DNA of 64,000 bases from Eubacteriales bacterium (GCA_031553855.1 JAVBKW010000003.1:295-64294); one strand, 5' to 3'; positions 1 through 8,027 are shown, counted from the first letter of the stretch. Program-made: numbers and translations. The notes: a model not told the origin generated them from the sequence alone.

Positions 1-304
1 CAACAGCATGTAAAGTCTTTCCTTTTTCCGAAGATAAGAACTTCAATCGCTCATTAAAAGGAATAACTAATTCCGTACTTTTTATGTCAGGGAATTCAGC
101 TCTGCCCACCAAAAAATCAATTGAACAATTCAAACAAGACGAAATAGTGATCAGTTGACGTGTAAGCGGCATAAATTTTTTTGTAAGCCAATTTGATATA
201 TTGCTGTTATGAATTCCTGTTCTTTTTTGCAGCGACAGAGTGTTTAAATTATTATCATCCATCAGCTCTTTTAGCCTTTCGGCAAATATTGACAATAAGT
301 CCAT
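1..304 (-). CDS. XRE-family helix-turn-helix regulator, N-terminal part (runs off the left edge; a second HTH-like segment begins near the edge)
   Basis: Own translation of the minus strand from ATG (304-302) gives MDLLSIFAERLKELMDDNNLNTLSLQKRTGIHNSNISNWL...PFNERLKFLSSEKGKTLHAV with no stop to position 1. SD AAAGGAGG lies at 312-319 (as CCTCCTTT on +). Confidence 0.7.
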   Translation of the reverse strand, partial: MDLLSIFAERLKELMDDNNLNTLSLQKRTGIHNSNISNWLTKKFMPLTRQLITISSCLNCSIDFLVGRAEFPDIKSTELVIPFNERLKFLSSEKGKTLHAV

Positions 305-437
305 AAACAAGCCTCCTTTCGACAATAATTGTCCTATATGAGTTAAGAAAAATGCTTGTTTCCTAACTCGTATAGGTAGTATAATTGTCTTAGGTTAAGC
401 GCTTTATACCAAAAAATTAAAAAGGAAGACAAAAATT

Positions 438-668
438 ATGAAAGAAACAGTAGCAGAGTTCAGAATGGAGTTGCTTGAAAAACTTCAGGTATACAGTCCC
501 GTTTATACTTTTATCGACAGAGAGAACTTTTCTGTCATTGATATGGCTGTTAACGGGAACAGCGGTGAGGCGGAAGCATATCGATTAATATTACAGAAGT
601 TGCCGCCGATATTTGAGGAGGAAGAAAAGACAGCAGATAAAATATCGGAGTACATAAACAAGCTCTAA
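438..668 (+). CDS. small hypothetical protein (76 aa, acidic C-terminus)
   Basis: ORF with AAAGGAAG about 10 nt upstream, followed by an imperfect hairpin GGCTGTCGG...CCGGCAGCC (691-730). No recognisable family. Confidence 0.5.
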   Translation: MKETVAEFRMELLEKLQVYSPVYTFIDRENFSVIDMAVNGNSGEAEAYRLILQKLPPIFEEEEKTADKISEYINKL

Positions 669-864
669 AAAGAATCAACAATAGAAAAAGGCTGTCGGAG
701 GTCAATATAATTTTAACACCCCGGCAGCCTCATATGTTGGTTATCGATAAAATTTTATGAGAATTATTTTAGCGGTCTATAGCGGTAGTCTTTGGCTTGA
801 ACAAAAACTACCATAAATTTTCATCGATTTTTTACTGTTTTTAATGAGTTTTAAAAGGTCAAGT

Positions 865-957
865 CTCTAACGTTTTTCCGATTTTCCGTCCATTTGTTAG
901 AGAAAACGTTAGAGCGGGCAAAAAGTGTTAGAGAATTTGTTAGAGCAAATGTTAGAA
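865..957. repeat. iteron-like array of the heptamer GTTAGAG (5 direct copies, 1 inverted)
   Basis: GTTAGAG at 896, 908, 927 and 939; GTTAGAA at 951 (spacing 12/19/12/12). Inverted CTCTAAC at 865-871. Confidence 0.85.
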
Positions 958-1043
958 CAGAAACCGTTTGAGTTGGTGGCCTGAAAGCTATTTTTGGTTA
1001 TCCTTAAGCCCAAAGTGCAAAATTAGGCAAATCATCAAAAACA

Positions 1044-1082
1044 TAGAAAAATGCCCCGTTTTAAGCCTAAAACGGGGCATTT
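1044..1082 (-). terminator. intrinsic terminator immediately 3' of tRNA-Ser
   Basis: Perfect inverted repeat AAAATGCCCCGTTTT / AAAACGGGGCATTTT with a 6-nt loop, followed on the minus strand by a T run. Confidence 0.8.
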
Positions 1083-1170
1083 TGGCGGAAGGTTAGGGAT
1101 TCGAACCCCAGTTAGCTTTCACTAATCCAGTTTTCAAGACTGGCGCCTTCAACCACTCGGCCAACCTTCC
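1083..1170 (-). tRNA. tRNA-Ser (anticodon UGA), CCA encoded
   Basis: Reverse complement is GGAAGGTTGGCCGAGTGGTTGAAGGCGCCAGTCTTGAAAACTGGATTAGTGAAAGCTAACTGGGGTTCGAATCCCTAACCTTCCGCCA. It has a 7-bp acceptor stem, anticodon loop CTTGAAA, a long variable arm and TTCGAAT T-loop. Confidence 0.95.
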
Positions 1171-1427
1171 GTATTCAATTGTGTGTTCAATTCAAGCGCT
1201 AATTGTTAAAGAATTATAGGCGGTTTTCAAGACCACCTCGTTATGACCGCTTCGATACGCCTCCGTATTAATTGTGTGACTGATTTCATTTTGCTGATTG
1301 GTAAAACAGAACTGGGGGCAAGATCGCTTTGTAAGGGTAGATTGTAGGGGTAACATTTTTTTGTTGCCACGATACTTGCCTTAGCAGTATAGCAATTTAT
1401 TGCTTTTGTGTCAAGTGAAAAAAATGT

Positions 1428-1562
1428 TGATTCCAGCAAAAATACTTGCTTGCAAGGGCATTTTTGCGCCACCGACAAAGGTGCAGACCCCGCGCTTTAG
1501 CGCGGAAGGCGCGCCAAAGACGCGAGGTGCAGGATTTATCCTGCGGTATGAATACCCTTTAT
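1428..1562 (-). repeat. structured intergenic repeat family A, copy 1 (inverted orientation)
   Basis: The reverse complement aligns with 9548-9698 and 43745-43895: AAAGGTATT..ACCGCAGG-hairpin-CCTGCACC, GC hairpins, GCGGGGT..ACCTTT..CGGTGGCGCA, then a palindrome. Confidence 0.75.
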
Positions 1563-1748
1563 TGCGGACAAAAGTTTATGAAGTTTACGTGGACTTTAAC
1601 ATAAAGTTTATGAAAAAAAGTTTGTAATAATTGAAAAAAGTTTAGTTGTTAGTTTAAGTTTAAGCTGGTTAAATTTGGGAATTAAGAAAACTTAAATCTA
1701 AATTTTCTAGAAAATTACAGGGATTTTTTTAAAAATAAATGCTGTTTA

Positions 1749-1778
1749 TTTGACAAAATTGATTTTTTAAGTATATAA
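1749..1778 (+). promoter_or_regulatory. sigma-A type promoter of gdhA
   Basis: TTGACA (1749-1754), 18-nt spacer, TATAAT (1773-1778). Confidence 0.65.
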
Positions 1779-1790
1779 TAATAGTATAAA

Positions 1791-1848
1791 GTAAACAAAG
1801 GTGTTTGCCCGCGGCGTTTTGTGCGTCTGTCGGCAGGCGCCTTTTTTT
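1791..1848 (+). promoter_or_regulatory. gdhA leader: hexaloop hairpin plus intrinsic terminator (candidate antitermination switch)
   Basis: GTAAAC-AAAGGT-GTTTGC (1791-1808). GCGTCTG-TCGG-CAGGCGC (1823-1840) plus C and T7 (1842-1848). 1800-1809 is complementary to 1832-1841. Confidence 0.6.
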
Positions 1849-1849
1849 A

Positions 1850-3447
<1,598 letters not shown>

Positions 3448-3629
3448 TTTTAGCCGGCATATCTGGCGATTGAAACGGGCTGCGTGCGTCAATCCGGTTT
3501 GGTCATTTATGTCTATATAAACGCCCTTCGCCGTCTTGCCGCCATAGGGATTCTAAGACTTTGGCGGCAATTGATAACGCAAGAGGATATAAAAGTATCG
3601 GAATATGAGTAAAGAGGAGGTAATTTAAG

Positions 3630-4133
3630 ATGATAAAAGCGAAAAGCTCAAAGGTGATTTTGGGAAAGCTTAACACGGTTCCGGCATTGGTACCGGTTTT
3701 GCATATGTCCTCGCCCGCATGTATCAACAGCCCCGTATGCGTTGACGGAGTCTGCTATAGCGTTACGGCGGCGTCTGTCACCACCGCGCACGGCGTCGTT
3801 ATGGTAGAGGACGTCAATAACGTCAACGTCGATGATCTCGGCGAAAAAATCGGTTCCCATCCGATTTTTCCGGAGGGGGCGGATATAGTTTTTGTGCAGG
3901 CGTCAGAGAACGGCATCAAAGCGCGGCACTATCGGAAAGGCTTAGGCGAAAAAGGCTACACCTTTGAAGCGGCCTGCGTTGCCGCGGCGGCGGCAATGAT
4001 GCAGCAGGAAAGGCTTGTCAGCAGGCTTAACGTGGAAATAGGCGGTGATATTTTTAGCGCGGAATACGACAGGGCAACAGGGGAGGTCAGCTTGTCGGAA
4101 CCGACAGAATTAAAGGAAACGCTGAATAAATAA
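3630..4133 (+). CDS. diaminopimelate-epimerase (DapF) C-terminal-half homologue lacking the catalytic cysteines
   Basis: 167 aa. HPIFPEGADIVFVQ..IKARHYRKGLGEKGYTFEAACVAAAAAM aligns by eye with DapF ..FP..NV.F....I..R.YERGAGET.ACGSGA.A. Strong SD AGAGGAGG. Confidence 0.5.
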   Translation: MIKAKSSKVILGKLNTVPALVPVLHMSSPACINSPVCVDGVCYSVTAASVTTAHGVVMVEDVNNVNVDDLGEKIGSHPIFPEGADIVFVQASENGIKARHYRKGLGEKGYTFEAACVAAAAAMMQQERLVSRLNVEIGGDIFSAEYDRATGEVSLSEPTELKETLNK

Positions 4134-4161
4134 TCACTCTTTAAAAACTATTTTTTCCTAT

Positions 4162-4224
4162 TTTCAAGGTATTTTCAAAGACATTTCAAAGACATTTCAA
4201 AGAAATCTCAAAAAATTTTTTCAA
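4162..4224. repeat. six helically phased TTTCAA(A/G)G repeats directly upstream of the glnA -35 box
   Basis: TTTCAA/TCTCAA at 4162, 4173, 4184, 4195, 4206 and 4219 (period 11,11,11,11,13). The -35 box is at 4229. Confidence 0.85.
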
Positions 4225-4228
4225 AAAT

Positions 4229-4258
4229 TTGACTTTCCGGCTTTTTTTATAGTATAAT
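4229..4258 (+). promoter_or_regulatory. sigma-A type promoter of glnA
   Basis: TTGACT (4229-4234), 18-nt spacer, TATAAT (4253-4258). Confidence 0.65.
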
Positions 4259-4266
4259 TTAAATAA

Positions 4267-4335
4267 GTAAACAAAGGCGTTTGCGGACTTTCAACAAAAA
4301 ATGGTTTTGTTGAAAGTTCGCGGGCGCATTTTTTA
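4267..4335 (+). promoter_or_regulatory. glnA leader: hexaloop hairpin overlapping a long terminator hairpin
   Basis: GTAAAC-AAAGGC-GTTTGC (4267-4284). GCGTTTGCG (4277-4285) pairs with CGCGGGCGC (4319-4327) around a 16-bp inner hairpin with loop AATGG, then A plus T6 (4329-4334). Confidence 0.6.
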
Positions 4336-4500
4336 TACTATAGGAATTATACTTCGTGCTTTCGTAGCGCTTTGCGATAAGCGCGAAAAATCGCGCCTTG
4401 CCGCTTTGCGGCAAATTCCTGCCGTGCAAAAAAAGCGGCGCGTATCGCGCCAGCCGCTAACGCGGCAAAATGCCAAAGGCATTTTAGACGCATTTTTTAT
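4328..4500 (+). repeat. structured intergenic repeat family C, copy 1 (inside the glnA 5' leader)
   Basis: Shares ATTTTTTATACTATAGGAATTAT and a 68-nt near-identical 3' core (4424-4491) with 26300-26453. Ends in a terminator-like AAAATGCC-AAA-GGCATTTT hairpin plus T6. Confidence 0.85.
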
Positions 4501-4560
4501 TTTAAGGTTTTTAATAAAAACTAACGGGAAAGATTAAATAATAGAGGAAGTGTGAAAATA

Positions 4561-5871
4561 ATGAAACAGGAAATTCTGCAATTCATTAAGGAAAACGACG
4601 TTAAATTTGTGCGGCTGGCGTTTTGCGATATAACGGGCGTCCACAAAAACATATCGCTTATGGCCTCGGAATTTGAGCGCGCTCTGACGGAGGGCATATC
4701 GTTTGACGCGTCAAGCGTACCCGGCTTTGCCGACATCTCGCGCTCGGATCTTTTCCTGCATCCGCAGATAGACACCGTCAATACTCTGCCGTGGCGGCCC
4801 TCTCAAGGGCGCGTGGTGCGGTTTTATTGCGACATTGCCGACCCCGAGGGCAATCCTTTTGAATTCGACAGCCGCGCCGTACTGAAAAAAGCTGCTGCGC
4901 GCGCGCAGGCTTTGGGGTTTTATCCTAAGATCGGAACGGAATTCGAGTTTTATCTTTGCCTTACCGACGAGCGCGCAAATCCGTTAATGGAGCCGCACGA
5001 CGAGGGGGGCTGCTTTGATATCGCGCCGCTTGATAAAGGCGAGAACGTCCGCCGCGAAATTTGCCTTGCCTTAGAGGAAATGGGGTTGTATCCTGAAAAC
5101 AGCCACCACGAGTGCGGCCGGGGGCAAAACGAGATAGATTTTAAATATGGCGACGCGCTGGAGGCGGCCGACCATTTTCTGACGTTTAAATCCGCAGTCA
5201 AAAACATTGCGGCGCGGAACGGGCTTTTCGCTTCGTTTATGCCCAAGCCCTTTAAGGATATGAGCGGCAGCGGGCTGCACGTCAATATTTCTTTGAATAA
5301 AAACGGCAAAAACCTGTTCAGGAGCGCGGACTCGGGGCACAGTGAGGAGGCGGAAAGCTTTATAGCGGGAGTCCTTAAACGGGCAAGGGAAATGAGCGCG
5401 TTCTTAAACGCCTCCGTCAACTCATACGAGCGGCTGGGGGCGTTCGGCGCGCCCAAATACGTAGGCTGGTCGCACCGAAACCGTTCCTCGCTTATCCGCA
5501 TTCCCGCCGCAAAAGGCGAAAATGTGAGGATGGAGCTCAGAAACCCCGACGCTGTGATGAACCCGTACTTAGGATTCGCTCTTATCATCAGCGCGGGGCT
5601 GGACGGCATCGAAAAGAAACTTAAGCTGAAAAAGAGCGTCAACGGAAACCTTTATACGGCGGATAAAAGCGTTCTGGATAAGCTTGACCCGCTTCCAGGC
5701 TCACTGTGCGAAGCGGTTGAAATCGCGAAAAAAAGCAGGTTTGTTCAAAAAGTCATCGGGAAAGGACTTTTGAAAAAATATCTTGAGCTGAAAAATGCGG
5801 AAATCGCATCATACGAGGTTGCAGAGGATAAGGAAGAATACAAGTTTGTGAATTATTTTAAAAATATGTAG
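4561..5871 (+). CDS. glnA: glutamine synthetase
   Basis: MKQEILQFIKENDVKFVRLAFCDITG... with GS catalytic-domain motifs. I prefer ATG 4561 (AGAGGAAG 10 nt upstream) over the track start GTG 4552. Confidence 0.92.
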   Translation: MKQEILQFIKENDVKFVRLAFCDITGVHKNISLMASEFERALTEGISFDASSVPGFADISRSDLFLHPQIDTVNTLPWRPSQGRVVRFYCDIADPEGNPFEFDSRAVLKKAAARAQALGFYPKIGTEFEFYLCLTDERANPLMEPHDEGGCFDIAPLDKGENVRREICLALEEMGLYPENSHHECGRGQNEIDFKYGDALEAADHFLTFKSAVKNIAARNGLFASFMPKPFKDMSGSGLHVNISLNKNGKNLFRSADSGHSEEAESFIAGVLKRAREMSAFLNASVNSYERLGAFGAPKYVGWSHRNRSSLIRIPAAKGENVRMELRNPDAVMNPYLGFALIISAGLDGIEKKLKLKKSVNGNLYTADKSVLDKLDPLPGSLCEAVEIAKKSRFVQKVIGKGLLKKYLELKNAEIASYEVAEDKEEYKFVNYFKNM

Positions 5872-5876
5872 GAAGT

Positions 5877-6458
5877 ATGGATTCGGTATTGATAGTCACA
5901 CAAAGCGGAAAAGCTAAGACAGTTTTAACAGAGCTGCTTTTCCTGCACAGGTTCGCCTCCGTAACGGCGCTTGATTCCGGTTCAAAGGCACGAAGATTGC
6001 TTTTGGAACGCGATTTTGACCTGTGTATTATCGACGCGCCGCTTATTGACGAGTTCGGCGATAAGCTTTCAAGGACTATAAGCGAAAACCATTCTTGCCA
6101 GGTGATATTGCTCGCCTCTTTTGAAAACGTTGACGAGATAGCCCAAAACGTCAGCGAGAGCGGCGTGTATACGCTGCCAAAACCCTTATCGAAAGAGCTT
6201 TTGCATAACGCGGTGCGCCTTGCCTGCGCCTCGAGCCGTAAAATGGAGCTGTTAGTACAGCAGAATATCGATTTAAAACAAAAGGTCGAGGACGTAAAAA
6301 GGATCGGAAAGGCGAAGCTGCTGCTGATGGAGCGCACCTTTATTTCCGAACAGGAGGCGCACAAAAAGATCGAGCGCGACGCCATGAACGAGCGTAAAAC
6401 AAGGCGCGAGATCGCCGAAGATATAATAAGTCTTTATGAAAACGGAGAGGATAATTGA
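5877..6458 (+). CDS. response regulator with C-terminal ANTAR RNA-binding domain (NitR/AmiR-like antiterminator), atypical receiver
   Basis: 193 aa. The REC-like N-terminus has LIVTQS where LVVDDF is expected, and the acceptor Asp is kept in CIIDAP. The C-terminus IGKAKLLLMERTFISEQEAHKKIERDAMNERKTRREIAEDII matches the ANTAR pattern. Confidence 0.8.
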   Translation: MDSVLIVTQSGKAKTVLTELLFLHRFASVTALDSGSKARRLLLERDFDLCIIDAPLIDEFGDKLSRTISENHSCQVILLASFENVDEIAQNVSESGVYTLPKPLSKELLHNAVRLACASSRKMELLVQQNIDLKQKVEDVKRIGKAKLLLMERTFISEQEAHKKIERDAMNERKTRREIAEDIISLYENGEDN

Positions 6459-6515
6459 CAAGGCTTACGAAAAAAATTACGTAAAAAAATTTTTTAAAAA
6501 AATAGCTGAAAATCT

Positions 6516-6544
6516 TTGATTTTGTTGCGGAATAAGAGTATAAT
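6516..6544 (+). promoter_or_regulatory. sigma-A type promoter of the second glutamate dehydrogenase gene
   Basis: TTGATT (6516-6521), 17-nt spacer, TATAAT (6539-6544). Confidence 0.6.
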
Positions 6545-6596
6545 CTTACTTAATATATGTAGTTAATATAATATTTTCGAGGAGAAAAGTAAGATT

Positions 6597-7883
6597 ATGT
6601 CAAATTCCGCATACAATCCGTTTGAGAACGCCCAAGCCCAGTTCGATAAGGTAGCAGAAATGCTCAAGCTCGCCGAGGGCACAAGAGAGCTTCTGCGTCA
6701 GCCGATGAAGGAGTTCCATTTTACGATACCCGTAAAGATGGACGACGGCACCACGAAGGTCTTTAAAGCTTTCCGCATAAAGCACAACGACGCGCGCGGC
6801 CCCGCAAAGGGCGGCATACGTTTTCACCATCAGGAAACCGCCGACACAGTCCGCGCTCTTTCTATGTGGATGACGTGGAAATGCGCGGTCGTGGATATCC
6901 CGCTGGGCGGCGGTAAGGGCGGCATCATCTGCAACCCCCGCACTATGTCGCAGGGCGAACAGGAAAGGCTTTGCCGCGGATATATCCGCCAGCTTTTCCG
7001 TCAGGTAGGCCCCAACATCGACGTTCCCGCGCCGGACGTTCAGACGAACGGCCAGCATATGCTTTGGATGCTCGACGAATACGAGACTATCGCCGGAGAA
7101 AAACAGCCCGGCGTCATCACGGGCAAACCCGTAGGAATGGGCGGCTCGCTCGGCCGTACCGAGGCCACCGGTTTTGGCGTTATCTACGTTTTGGAAGAGC
7201 TGCTCAAAAATCTTAAAATGCCTATTGAAAAAACGTCCGCTGCCATTCAGGGGTTTGGAAACGTCGGCGAATACGCGGCCAGAATGTATTCGGATCTGGG
7301 CGGAAAAATAGTTGCTATTTCCTGCTGGAATCAGGCCGACGCAAAGTCCTATACCTATAAGAAAAAGGACGGCTGCAACGTGACGGAGCTTATCGCTATC
7401 AAGGATTCTTTCGGCGATATCAATAAGGAAAAGGCGGCTAGCTTAGGCTATGAAATTCTTTCCGGAGACGACTGGATCGCTCAGGACGTAGACATCCTCA
7501 TCCCCGCGGCTTTAGAGAATCAGATCACTCCCGAAACGTTCAAAAAGGTTTCTAAAAAAGTTAAGGTCATCTGTGAGGCCGCAAACGGCCCTACAACGCC
7601 CGATTGCGATCCGTTGATAAAAGACCGCGGCATCGTTTTACTGCCGGATTTCCTTACCAACGCAGGCGGCGTAACGTGCTCTTACTTTGAACAGGTGCAG
7701 TGCAATATGAACTATTTCTGGACTAAAGAAGAGGTTTTAGAAAAGCTTAAAGCCGCTATGATAAAAGCGTTCAAGGGCGTATATGAGGTAGCAACTTCGC
7801 GCAACGTTTATATGAGGGACGCAGCCTACATCATAGCTATCGAGAGAGTCGCAAAGACCTGCAAGTCGCGCGGCTGGTTATAA
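6597..7883 (+). CDS. gdh: Glu/Leu/Phe/Val dehydrogenase family, glutamate dehydrogenase (RocG/GudB-like)
   Basis: 428 aa with GPAKGGIRFH, IPLGGGKGG and QGFGNVG (Rossmann) motifs. SD GAGGAGAA. Confidence 0.9.
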   Translation: MSNSAYNPFENAQAQFDKVAEMLKLAEGTRELLRQPMKEFHFTIPVKMDDGTTKVFKAFRIKHNDARGPAKGGIRFHHQETADTVRALSMWMTWKCAVVDIPLGGGKGGIICNPRTMSQGEQERLCRGYIRQLFRQVGPNIDVPAPDVQTNGQHMLWMLDEYETIAGEKQPGVITGKPVGMGGSLGRTEATGFGVIYVLEELLKNLKMPIEKTSAAIQGFGNVGEYAARMYSDLGGKIVAISCWNQADAKSYTYKKKDGCNVTELIAIKDSFGDINKEKAASLGYEILSGDDWIAQDVDILIPAALENQITPETFKKVSKKVKVICEAANGPTTPDCDPLIKDRGIVLLPDFLTNAGGVTCSYFEQVQCNMNYFWTKEEVLEKLKAAMIKAFKGVYEVATSRNVYMRDAAYIIAIERVAKTCKSRGWL

Positions 7884-8027
7884 GAAAGAACGGTTTATAA
7901 AAAAAATATCAAAGGGGGAGTCCGGCTTAAAGTCAGACTTCCTTTTTTGAAACTTCAGAAAAAATGTTTGCAAAATCTACGGTTTTGCTGTATTATTAAA
8001 TCAAACGGAGAGTGAAAAGTTAAATAT

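Noticed and set aside
1-1170. Calling the left end a prophage or integrative element
   Set aside because: Only circumstantial features are visible: XRE genes, the iteron-like array and tRNA adjacency. There is no integrase, no att repeat and no structural genes in the window. It is reported as a hypothesis, not as a mobile_element feature.
4301-4537. 78-aa ORF sharing a 25-aa peptide (QKKRRVSRQPLTRQNAKGILDAFFI) with the N-terminal extension of the 26378 ORF
   Set aside because: The shared peptide is encoded by the hairpin-rich family C repeat. There is no SD, and the authentic sbcD start (MKILHTADWH) is at 26477. It is non-coding.
4262-4560. Glutamine riboswitch (glnA RNA motif) or T-box in the glnA leader
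   Set aside because: There is no T-box specifier/antiterminator bulge architecture. I also see nothing resembling the compact three-stem glnA motif as I remember it. This cannot be excluded without a covariance-model scan.
4950-5642. Long antisense ORFs opposite glnA. The same applies to 5858-6385, 6600-7058, 12476-13060, 19537-20010, 32192-32872, 50712-51086 and 61914-62423.
   Set aside because: Each lies opposite a CDS with clear family motifs. None has an SD or a recognisable domain. They are typical shadow ORFs of moderately GC-rich coding DNA.
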